Origin: Squalus acanthias
Taxonomy: Eukaryota
Direction: 5' to 3'
Assembly: GCA_030390025.1 (NCBI GenBank)
Contig: CM059438.1
Location: forward strand, 66,466,001-66,530,000
Length of the DNA stretch: 64,000 nt
The position numbers and the translations under genes were made by a program. This document shows, one piece after another, positions 9,748 to 20,789 of this stretch; position 1 is the first letter of the stretch; every line of letters starts with the position of its first letter. The notes beneath the pieces are model-generated. The model saw only the letters and a program-made list of their open reading frames with translations. It did not search any database and was not told where the DNA came from.

Positions 9748-11180
9748 ACCTTCCTCCAGTCCGAAAAACAACCGTTCACCACTACTCTCTGTTTCCTGTC
9801 ACTTAGCCAATTTTGTATCCATGCTGCCAATGTCTCTTTTATTCCATAGGCTTCAACTTTGCTGGCAAGCCTATTCTGTGGCACTTTATCAAATGCCTTT
9901 TGGAAGTCCATTTACACCACATCAACTGCATTGCCCTCATCAACCCTCTCCGTTACCTCATCAAAAAACTCAATCAAGTTAGTTAAGCACGAGTTGCCTC
10001 TAATAAATCCGTGCTGAATTTCCTTAATTAATCCACACTTGTCCAAGTAACTGTTAATTTTATTCCGGATTATCATTTCTAAAAGTTTCCCCACTACCGA
10101 GGTTAAACTGACGGTCCTGTAATTGCTGGGTTTATCCTTACACTCTTATTTGAACAAGGGTGTAACATTTGCAATTCTCCAGTCCTCTGGCACCACCCCC
10201 ATATCTAACGAGGGTTGGAAGATTATGGCCAGTACCTCCACAATTTCCACTTTTACTTCCCTCAGCATCCTAATATGCATCCCATCCGGTCCTGGTGACT
10301 TATCTACTTTAAGTACAGCCAGCCTTTCTAGTACCTCCTCTTTATCAATTTTTATCCCATCCAGTATCTCAACTACCTCCTCTTTCACTATGTCTATGGC
10401 AGCATCTTCTTCCTTGGTAAAGACAGATGCAAAGTACTCATTTAGCACCTCAGCCATACCCTCTGCCTCCATGCGTAGGTCTCCATTTTGGTCCCTAATC
10501 AGCCCCACCCTTCCTCTTACTACCATTTTACTATTTATATGCATATAGAAGACTTCTGGATTCCCTTTTATGTTAGCTGCCATTCTATTCTCATACTCTC
10601 TCTTTGCCCCACTTATTTCCTTTTTCACTTCCCCTCTGAACTTTCTATATTCAGCCTGGTTCTCACTTGTATTCTCAACCTGACAGTTGTTATACGCCCC
10701 ATTTTTCTGCTTCATCTTACTCTCTATCTCTTTCATCAGCCAGGGAGCTCTGGCTTTGGTTGCCTTACCTTTCCCCCTCGTGGGAATGTACCTCGACTGT
10801 ACCCAAACCATCTGCTCTTTAAAGGCAGCCCATTGTTCGATTACAGTTTTGCCTGCCAATCTTTGATTCCCATTTACCTGGACCAGATCCGTTCTCAACC
10901 CACTGAAATTGGCCCTCCTCCAATTAAGTATTTTTACTCTAGATTGCTCCTTGTCCTTTTCTATAGCTAATCTAAACCTTATGATACTACGATTGCTGTT
11001 ACCTAATTGTTCCCCTACTGACACTTGCTCCATTTGACCCACCTCATTCCCCAGAACCAGATCCAGCAATGCCTTATTCCTCGTTGGGCCTGAAATGTAC
11101 TGATCAAGAATGTTCTCCTGAACACACTCGAGAAATTCTTGCCCCTCTCTGCCCTTTACACTATTACTATCCCAGTCCAT

Positions 11181-12147
11181 GGGCTGGATTTTCCCAGGTC
11201 CAACCGGCACGGTGCGGGGGGGGACCTGGGAAACTGGTCGGGTTTCCCGGCACGCTGTGGAGTCAATCAGGGGAAGTCGTAGACGGAGGCCGCAGAAACA
11301 GGTAAGTACTGGGTCCAGGATGGTTGGGGGGGAGGGTTTCAGGATGGTTGGGGGGGAGGGTTTCAGGATGGTTGGGGGGGAGGGTTTCAGAATGTTTGGG
11401 GGGCGGGTCCTGGATGGTTGGGGGGCACTCCTGGATGGTTGGGGGTGCACAGGCCTTGGCAGGGTCTGATCCCCCGGGGGGGGGGGTCTGATCCCCGGGG
11501 GAGGGGGGTGATCTCGATCCTCGGGGGAGGGTCCAATCCCCACCGCGGTGGGGTGGGGAGGTGAGCTCGATCCCCGGGGCTGAGTCGCGATCCCGGGGTG
11601 GGGAGGGGGGGGTTGTTCCAGGCCCGGGGTGGGTCCGATCCACTGGGGGGGGGTCGGTGAGCTTGATCCCTGGGGGGCGGGGGGCGAATCCACGACCCCG
11701 GGGCCGAGTCGTGATCCCGGAGGTGTGGGGGGAGGGTCCAGGCCCGGGGGGGGAGCGGGGGTCCGAACCCCGACCCCAGGAAGGGGCAGGCTGATAGTGG
11801 GTGAGGTTGGGGGGCTGGGAGGAAGCACTCCTGCTCTTCCCAGCCCACAGGCATTGCTCCCCAAGGCTGCAGCTGCCTCGTTGCAGTCACCGGGAATCTC
11901 GAGCCCTGAGATCCCCGGCCGCCTGCAGTAAAACCGGCAAAGCCGGTTAAAATAGAGGTTTCAGTCCTCATAATATTTAAATTGCCAAACTGCATCCTGG
12001 CAGCAGGTTGGCAGCCCGCACCTTCGTCCCTCCTGAGTGAAAGCTGAAAGTGGGCAGGTTGGAGGCGGGTTATGGTTCAAATTTTTCTACTTTCACTTCC
12101 CCCCATGCCTCCAACCCACCCGTTCTTTCCTGAGAAAATTCCAGCCT
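11181..12147. mobile_element. GC-rich non-autonomous DNA transposon (Harbinger-type MITE) with internal G-rich 24-bp repeats
   Basis: TIRs GGGCTGGATTTTC / GAAAATTCCAGCCT. Splits the CR1 ORF. Shares the internal GGAAGCACTCCTGCTC block with 60269-61456. Confidence 0.75.
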
Positions 12148-12342
12148 ATATTAGGATAATTAATGTCCCCCATTATCACTACTCTATAGTTCTCGCACGT
12201 CTCTGTAATTTCCCCTGCAAATTTGCTCCTCTATATCCTCCCCACTAGTTGATGGCCTATAGAATACACCTAGTAGTGTAATGGCACCTCTATTGTTTCT
12301 TAACTCTAACCAAATACATTCTGTCCTTGACCCCTCCAGGAC

Positions 12343-12743
12343 ATGAGAGGGGACCTCATTGAAATGTATAAAATTCTGACAGGGCTAGACAGACTCGATG
12401 CAGGGAGGATGTTTCCCCTGGCTGGGGGGGGGGTCTAGAACGAGGGGTCACAGTCTCAAGATACGGGGTAGGACATTTGGGACTGAGATGAGGAGAAATT
12501 TCTTCACTCAGAGGGTGGTGAACCTGTGGAATTCTCTACCACAGAAGGCTGTGGAGGCCAAGTCACTGAATATATTTAAAAAGGAGATAGATAGATTTCT
12601 AGACACAAAAGGCATCAAGGGGTATGGGGAGAGAGCGGGAATATGGTATTGAGATAGAGGATCAGCCATGATCATATTGAATGGTGGAGCAGGCTCGAAG
12701 GGCCGAATGGCCTGATCCTGCTCCTATTTTTCTATGTTTCTAT
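12343..12743 (+). mobile_element. CR1 LINE 3' fragment
   Basis: SRTRGHSLKIRG..RRNFFTQRVVNLWNSLP; tail TTCTATGTTTCTATG. Confidence 0.9.
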
Positions 12744-13239
12744 GACATCCTCTCTCTCCAGCACTGTAACATTCTCCTTAATCAATACTGCCACACCACC
12801 TCCTTTCTTTTTTCCCTATCTTTCCTGAACACCTTATATCCAGGAATATTTAATACCCAATCCTGCCCTTTTTTGAGCCAGGTCTCCGTTATTGCCACAA
12901 CATCATATTCCCATGTGATTATTTGCGCCTGCAGCTCACCAACCTTATTTACCACGCTTTGTGCGTTTATGCTCAAGATCTTGAAGTGGAGTTTGGAACC
13001 CATAATCCTTCTGACTTGGAGGCGAGACTGCTATCAAGGTACAGAAACGATATTTTTGCCAAAATGTTCATTGCACAGTTGGTGCTGAGTCAGTTGGTGT
13101 GGTACTAAAATTGGCCTTTGCCAATTTTTCCCTACTCCCCTCGAATTCCTGCTCCCAACTGCTGGTGCAATGTGTGCATCTGTGGACCTTGGGTGAGGGC
13201 AAGAAATAGCATGACCATGATGCCTTTCATCCCATCCTC

Positions 13240-13841
13240 CACCCTCAGTAAACTGCAGATCACCCTCAGTAAACTCCAGATCACCCTCCGTAAACTCCAG
13301 ATCACCCTCAGTAAACTCCAGATCACCCTCAGTAAACTCCAGATCACCCTCAGTAAACTCCAGATCACCCTCAGTAAACTCCAGATCACCCTCCGTAAAC
13401 TCCAGATCACCCTCCGTAAACTCCAGATCACCCTCAGTAAACTCCAGATCACCCTCCGTAAACTCCAGATCACTCTCCGTAAACTCCAGATCACCCTCAG
13501 TAAACTCCAGATCACCCTCCGTAAACTCCAGATCACCCTCCGTAAACTCCAGATCACTCTCCGTAAACTCCAGATCACCCTCAGTAAACTCCAGATCACC
13601 CTCCGTAAACTCCAGATCACTCTCCGTAAACTCCAGATCACCCTCAGTAAACTCCAGATCACCCTCCGTAAACTCCAGATCACTCTCCGTAAACTCCAGA
13701 TCACCCTCAGTAAACTCCAGATCACCCTCCGTAAACTCCAGATCACTCTCCGTAAACTCCAGATCACCCTCAGTAAACTCCAGATCACCCTCAGTAAACT
13801 CCAGATCACCCTCAGTAAACTCCAGATCACCCTCAGTAAAC
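13240..13841. repeat. 21-bp minisatellite (~28-29 copies), unit CACCCTC(A/C)GTAAACTCCAGAT
   Basis: Head-to-tail repeats with no spacers. Explains the TEGDLEF/LSKLQIT pseudo-ORFs. Confidence 0.97.
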
Positions 13842-13952
13842 TTCAGCTCTGCCGTCCATATTCTGTTCCATACCATTCCGCTCACCCATTATCCATGTGC
13901 TTGTTAACCTACATTGGCTCCCAGCATCCCTGTGCCTCAAATTTAAAATTCT

Positions 13953-14300
13953 CATTACATAGGGTATACAGCACAGAAACAGGCCATTTGGCCCAACCAG
14001 TCCATGCCGGCGTTTATGCTCCATTCGAGCCTCTTCCTGTCTTTCTTCATCTAACTCTATCAGCTCTATATCCTTCTCTCTCATATGCTTGTCTAGCCTC
14101 CCTTTAATTGCATCTATACTATTCCCTTCAACCACTCCCTGTGGTAGCAAGTTCCACATTTTCACCACTCTCTGGGTAAAGAAGTTTCTGAAGAATTCCC
14201 TGTTTGATTTCTTGGCAATGATCTTATAATGATGGCCTCTAGTTTTGCTCTTTCCCACAAGTGGAAACACTCTCTTGTGTGTCTACTCTATCAAAACTTC
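13953..14300 (-). mobile_element. CR1 LINE 3' fragment
   Basis: KTRGHHYKI..RNFFTQRVVKMWNLLP on the minus strand. Confidence 0.85.
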
Positions 14301-14663
14301 ATCCTCACGTTTAAATACCTCCATGGCCTCCCTATCCCAGATCTCCTCTCGCCTTCGAACCCTCACCCTGAACTGTCCATTCCCCTGACTCGAACCTCTT
14401 CTGCATCTCCAGCACCCTTCACCCCATCATTAGTGACTGTGCTTTCATCTGCCTTGGTCCCACACTGTGGAATTCCCTGCTTTATCTTCAGTACTTCTCC
14501 AGCACCCTCTCTCCTTAATCCTCCTTCAATTCCACCTCTTTGATCAAGCTTTTGGTCACCCCTCCTAACATCTCCTCCTTTGACTTGGCATCTTTTTTTT
14601 TCCGTGCCGTGCCTGGGGACATATTTCCACATTAAAAGCCTTTTATAAATGTAAGCTGTTGTT
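14301..14663 (+). mobile_element. L2-clade LINE 3' fragment (degenerate)
   Basis: FKYLHGL..; WNSL-like segment; tail ending TATAAATGTAAGCTGTTGTTG. Confidence 0.6.
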
Positions 14664-15082
14664 GCAATAGACAGATATTGTTGTCTAGCGAGTGCAAAAG
14701 TAGAAAACTCCCGCTATCGTCTGTAAGTTCCACCCCCGCACAATAGCTCAGTAATTGTGCGGAGCCCTTTTCTTCTAAAATTCATTCTACAGGATTGAAA
14801 GCCTTCCAGAAACAATGTGATTGTTTCTGTTTCTGCTCACCTTTACTTGTAACCAATTCTTGAGCAGACGAAGCAACAATAGAACAAAATCATGTGATGT
14901 GCTCCACAAATTCATCCAGCACTGTGATAGAACAGGAAGGTGATGCTAACGCAAACTTTACACTGCTCATGCGAGAAAAATGAACAAAAGAGATGTCACA
15001 TTGTACCTGATTTTGCCTTTCCTTACACAAAAGCCAATAGGGCAATTCCTATCAACAAAAACACCCGGCACATTTCCAGAAC

Positions 15083-15511
15083 AGCCTGTACTCATTGGAG
15101 TTCAGAAGAATGAGAGGTGATCTTATTGATACATATACGATTCTGAGGGGGCTCGACAAGGTAGATGCAGAGAGGATGTTTCCCCTCGTGGGGGGAATCT
15201 AGAACTAGGGGGCATAGATTCAGAATAAGGGGTCACCCATTTAAAACGGAGATGAGGAGGAATTTCTCCTCTCAGAGGGTTGTGAATCTTTGGAATTCTC
15301 CAACCCAGAGAGCTGTGGAGGCGGAGTCATTGAATGTATGCAAGACGGAGATAGACAGATATTTGAAAAACAGGGGAGTCAAGGGTTATGGGGAGCGGGC
15401 AGGAAAGTGGAGTTGAGGCCAAGATCAGATCAACCATGATCTTATTGAATGGCGGAGTAGGCTCAAGGGGCCGAATGGCCGACTCCTGCTCCTGTTTCTT
15501 ATGTTCTTATT
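15083..15511 (+). mobile_element. CR1 LINE 3' fragment
   Basis: ESRTRGHRFRIRG..QRVVNLWNS; TTCTTATGTTCTTAT tail. Confidence 0.9.
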
Positions 15512-16578
15512 AGAACTGTGCTAGCAATGATAGTTTCACTTTATTTTATTCTGTAACATCTTATAATCTGTTCTCATGAACTTGGCTCGCTGTCATCTTG
15601 TGTAAAAGCCAAAACAAACAACAAATCTTTGCACATTACTGGTTTTTAATCAATAAGTAAGTTCTAGTATATAATAGGTCGCTGGGCTGATCCATTCTAA
15701 AAAGAGCACCTTTATCCTGGAGGTGCAATATTAGTTAATGAATGTTACTTCTCCATCACAACCTTGCACCTACCTTCCAAATGTTCTGATTATCTTGTCA
15801 GATTATTTTTTTTTCTCCCTTGCAAAATCCTGGCAGCAACCAAGCTCTGTGGTTTGGAGCTTTATCCATCTGTTGTACAGCACTGTTTGTGTCAACGAGT
15901 ATCCGCAAGGAATTCTGATGTCGTTTGCTACTTGAGATCTCGCACTACCACTCATTCGGTGTGCGGCTTTATTTCTGTTTGGTGACTTTTGCGTTCCTCA
16001 AGGTGAGGGACGTTGCTGGGAAGAGGAGCACCTTTTCAACTCGGGCGCCTGTTGTCAGCGCTGAGCCATTCTAGACCAGACGTGACGTTGTTTAGGGCCA
16101 GTGTAAAGCTCCCCCTGCTTTAGCCAAAAAGGTGTCCTAATCCCAGCCTCAGAAGAACACCCCTACTGCACCAGAGTGACCTCTTGTATTTACCACACCA
16201 CCGAGCTGACTGAGATTGCCAATTGGTGGCAAATCGGGGGCAGTTTACTGCTGCATGCTTGAAGCGTGCTGAGACTACCTAATCTTCTTTCACACAGGAC
16301 TGTTGCAGAGAGCAGAGTTTCATCTCTGCCATCTGCATCAGATTTGAATTTAGTCCAAGTGGTAAAAGGACAGTGCGTCATTTAATCTCTCTTCTATGGC
16401 GTTTTTTCTCCTTTTCTGGTTAAACCCTTGCTGTCTTGACTTTAAGGGACTCAAGTGGCTTTAGCAACCTGTATAAAAACCTGTTTGTATCTTGTAAGAT
16501 ATACCATAGACAAATGTATCTGTTTTTACCCAAATGTGATGCTCCAGCAAGTCAGCCTCTGAATCGTTTACAATCTCT

Positions 16579-18315
16579 GGCCACGATTTCGCCTACCGAG
16601 GCGGGTCCGGGGCGGCCGGGGTCAGTGACAGGGTGCGACCCCACTGCTGGCTCCATCCCGCTCTGTGAAAAGAATTTTACATTGATTGTGCTTGTTAAGC
16701 CCCGTCCAGCGCTGTTTCCGGCCAATTGAAGGAAGTGGGTCTGATGACGTCACTTGATGACACTCATCAGCCGGTTTCCTTAAAGGGACCATGCGCAAAT
16801 TTGATTTTGACAGTTCTGCTGTCAGTGTTCTACAGCATTGAGGTGCTGCACAGAGGTACACAGCTGCACCCAGGCTCTCTCATGACTCCCTCCATATGCT
16901 TATGGAGGGAGTCACAGCATGCAGGGAGGTTCTCTTCCCTTCCAATGGGCGGAAGAGACCTCCCCAGGAGATCAACGCAGCCTGGTTGCACATTGCACAG
17001 GAGGACACAAGCAAGGATGTCATCAGGAGGACCAGGCTGCAGTGGCGCAAACCTTTCAATGATCTCAGTAGATCACGAAACGTTACTGCAAATCCACACT
17101 CAACCTCATCCTGCTGTGCCACTCATCACATCATCACTCTGCCTTCCCTACCCTACTCCTGCACATCCTTACTCACACCAACTTACCTTGTACCTCCACC
17201 CATCCCTCTCTATCTACATTATCACTTCCCCATCTCACTCGCCACCCCTCTCACTCACCCTCATCCTAGTCCAATCATACCAACTAACAACACACGAGGG
17301 TAGGCACTTTGGTGTTTTAGCCAATGTTCATGTGATGTTTCTGTTAATGTGCTGTCAAACATTTGAAATCTTTATTTTCAACACTTTGCGTTCTTGGACA
17401 GACTTGTGCGCACCTTTGGAAGTGGCTTAGTGAGTTGCAGTGAACGGTGAGACATAACGGTACCCCCCACAATGGCGATGAGTGTGAAAGGAATGGCTTG
17501 GGCTTTGTAGGGATGCTTTATGGTGTTGGTGTGGGGTGGTGCCAACCTGGTGCATCATGTGGCAGCCAGGGTGTACAGCGTCAAGTGAAGTAAATGTGGC
17601 CATGGTGAGGCCATCCCTGGCATCCCGGGCAGCAATGTGGTCGGGTGATGATGCCCTCTGTCCTGTGCAGCACCAGCTGATTGTGGAGAAGGTTGGTGTG
17701 GATGTTAGTGCTGCTGGTGTGCCCGGTGCTGCTGGTGTTGGGCCTGCTCGTTGTGGGATTCTGAGGACCAAGGTGAGATTTTTTCAAGGTCAACGATGCT
17801 GATGGAGTAGATGGCAGGTGAGGTTGAGATGACAGAAGCGATCTGTAAATGGTGAGAAAGGTTGGTCGAATGAGGTGACAATGGATAGAGAGTTTGCTCC
17901 AAACACTTGCAAGCTGCAGAAAGCTCAATCTGTCTTTCAAATGCAGTAAGTAACAGCTTCTAACCTATGAAATGGGAGCTTTTATAGACCATTTGCAGCC
18001 GTCAAGTTTAGAAATCATCCCATGCTGACACAACACCCGACCTCCTTACCTGACGTGATCCCCGAGCAGCGGGGAAGCCGTTGGCGAACTCTAAATATCT
18101 AAAGGTAAGTTTAAAATGCTCGTTAATTGCCTCTTAACAATCCAGCTAATGATGTAAATTGCCTCCCCTGCCGCTTGGTGTCGGGCCTGTTCAGCGATGA
18201 CAGACCCGACATCTGGGAGACCAGCGCGGTTTCCTACCCGCTGTCAAAAAAAACACATTTTCCCAGCCGACCTGCCACCAAACGCAGCCCCTGACCCCCC
18301 TGAAAGATTCTGGCC
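16579..18315. mobile_element. Internally deleted PIF/Harbinger transposon (Myb/SANT remnant on +, transposase C-terminus remnant on -)
   Basis: GGCCA...TGGCC termini with 3-bp TSD TCT. EVLFP..AWLHIAQE..RTRLQWRKPFNDL (Myb/SANT-like) at ~16860-17075. AARDARDGL C-terminal motif on the minus strand at ~17600. Confidence 0.75.
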
Positions 18316-19124
18316 TCTGTGTTTGCTTGTGATTACGGTTAGCAGGTAGGCAAGAGAGCGATGCTACTTTCAGCTCATGATCATGACGGGCTGCCCGTCC
18401 TTTGCTGAGATCTGATGATGCCTGTGTTGTTTGAAATATTGATCACGAATGGAACTGTCACCTGAGTCTTCAGTCGGAGAACGCGAGTCAACGCAAACAC
18501 CCCACTTCCACTTCCCCTTTTGGAACCTCCTCCTATGCGAACTTCATCATTCACATCACTAAAAATGACTGCTGGACACATTGAAACATCATTATTCCAT
18601 TCATTAGATTCTAGATGTGGTTTCAGTCAGGGCCAAAGCCAGCACTTTTAGCAAAGGAGAAAACAGCTCCTGACAAATAAATGCAAGGATATCTTAAAAA
18701 AAAATATAAAGCTTGGTATAAATGTAATTTACTCTCACAGGTATGGTCCATAATAATTCACTGCCATTAATCCATATGTGAATTGCCATGAAGGTTTCAC
18801 TTGACGCAAAGCACAAGTGCAAGGCTATTTGTTTTGACGTGAATTGGTTGCTCATTGCAGTCAGTGTTGTTAATTGAAGCACAAATAAGCAAATGACCCT
18901 GTTGCCTTTTTAGGTGCAAGTTCAGGCATTGCTGTAGTAAACAGTTTGATGAGGAGTACGTCCGCTGCTATCAGAGGTGAAGTACGCATCTTTGGTATTA
19001 AGATAGTGGGTATCTAAAAGAAATATGTGTCTGGGAAAGTGTAACGGAAAGGCAGAGGGACGTACTGTGGCAGGAGCCAATGAATTGATCGAAATGTCAC
19101 AAGAGAAAGTAAAAAGGAAGAAAG

Positions 19125-19567
19125 GCTAGTAATTATATAGAGCATTTCATGACCCAAAGTGCTTTACAGCCAATGAAGTATTCTTGAAGTGTTGTCACTG
19201 TTGTAATGTCGGAAATGTGGCAGTCAACTTGCACAGAAAGGTCCCACAAACAGCAATGAGATAATGACAAGATAATCTGTTTTAGTGCTGTTGGTTGAGG
19301 GATAAACATTGGTCAGGACACCGGGGAGAACACGCTGCTCTGTTTTGAAATAGTACCATGGGATCTTTCACTTCCACCTGATAGGGCAGACGGGGCCTCG
19401 TTTTAATGTCTCATCTGAACGACCGCACCTCCGACATTGCAGCACTCCCGCAACACTGCACTGGAGTGTCAGCCTAGATTTTGTGCTCAAGTATCTGGAG
19501 TGGGACTATGAACTCATGATCTTCTGACTCAGAAACAAGAGTGCTACCAACTGAGCCACGGCTGACA
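19125..19567 (-). mobile_element. tRNA-derived Deu-domain SINE (SacSINE1-like)
   Basis: A-box GTGGCTCAGTTGGTAG head, Deu central domain, L2-like tail. Homologous to 20306, 33096 and 38879. Confidence 0.85.
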
Positions 19568-20305
19568 AGTATGGCAGTGCAAGCAAGTGGAATACTGGTG
19601 AGTGGTGTGAGGCAGAACTGAGAGGATATAATATTGTGAGATACCTTCTCATGAGAGAACCTTATCACACTGGTGGACGGCTGCAATTATTATCCCTGTG
19701 GCTTACTGCCAGTATGAATTCTAGAAACAGAGTCAGGGTTAGTCATTGTATGACTTGAAGAGTGGCCTTAACCAAAACCCCTGCTAATAAAAATAGATAC
19801 AATTAAATTATGTGTCAGCAGCCTTCATATATCTATATTATCCTGATATGAGTGAACTGTCAAAGTACAACTGGTTTGAGCTCTATGACCTACTTTCTTG
19901 CAGACATAATACTTTTCAAAATTGTACCTCAAATATAAGAAAATTACACACGGGAGTTAAGTTCATGGAGCTCATAAAAATGCATTTGTAGAAAATGAAT
20001 AATGTGGGCAAAAGTGAAAGCATAAATCACACAGAAGTTAGGTTAAAGGGAATATATTTACGTACTGATTTTTTCTTTGCGTTCCACAGCTACTTCAGTT
20101 AACAGGGCAAACATTCAAAAGCCTGAGCATGTAGCGTGACACAATAAGCATTTGTGTGCATCAGTCAAGGACAGCTAGAATCTCTGACCTCTTTGGCTAC
20201 CTTGCATGCAAACCATGGACAAAATTCTATTTTTTGCACATTCTACACAGGCACTGTGTGGTGGCATCCAGTTTGTGGTCAAAGAATTTGACACAGCACA
20301 GCTTA

Positions 20306-20773
20306 GTGTCAGCCGTGGCTCAGTGGGTAGCACCCATCGCCTCTGAGTCAGAAGGTTGTGAGTTCCAGTCCCACTCCAGGGACTTGAGCACAAAAATCTA
20401 GGCTGTCACTCCAGTGCAGTACTGAGGGAGTGCTGCACTGTTGGAGGTGCCGTCTTTCGGATGAGATGTTAAACCGAGGCCCCGTCTGCTCTCTCAGGTG
20501 GACGTGAAAGATCCCAAAGCACTATTTCGAAGAAGAGCAGTGGTGGTATCCCCGGTGTCCTGGGGCCAATATTTATCCATCAATCAACATAACAAAAACA
20601 GATTAACTGCTCATTATCACATTGCTTTTTGTGGGAGCTTGCTGTGTGCAGATTGGCTGCCACGTTTCCCACATTACAACAGTGACTACACTTCAAAAGT
20701 ATTTCATTGGCTATAAAGCGCTTTGAGACGTCCGGTGGTCGTGAAAGGCGCTATATAAATGTAAGTCTTTCTT
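20306..20773 (+). mobile_element. tRNA-derived Deu-domain SINE (SacSINE1-like), full length
   Basis: A/B boxes, CAGTGCAG..CTGCACTG hairpin, GCCGTCTTTCGGATGAG, tail GCGCTATATAAATGTAAGTCTTT. Confidence 0.88.
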
Positions 20774-20789
20774 GAATTATCCCCTTTGG

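Larger units (their letters stand above)
9748..12968 (-). mobile_element. Degenerate CR1 LINE ORF2 (endonuclease + RT), interrupted by a MITE (11181-12147) and a CR1 3' fragment (12343-12743)
   Basis: INAQSVVNKVGEL..AITETWL (APE endonuclease), LDLVLGNE, DKSPGPDG, WRIANVTPLFK, QHGF..SCLTNL motifs. Confidence 0.9.

Noticed and set aside
10146..11864. 572-aa proline-rich/RT ORF
   Set aside because: Chance fusion of a C-rich MITE strand with a CR1 ORF2 fragment; the junction coincides with the MITE terminus.
13034..14107. Long ORFs of 283, 329 and 232 aa, and a possible CRISPR-like array
   Set aside because: Products of a 21-bp tandem repeat. There are no unique spacers or cas genes, and the context is eukaryotic.
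14841..14921. Candidate minus-strand 81-nt exon (CWMNLWSTSHDFVLLLLRLLKNWLQVK) and other candidate exons near 18914, 30244 and 37180-37320
   Set aside because: Splice-like signals are present, but the peptides are unrecognised, phases or strands are inconsistent, and such short open frames are expected by chance.
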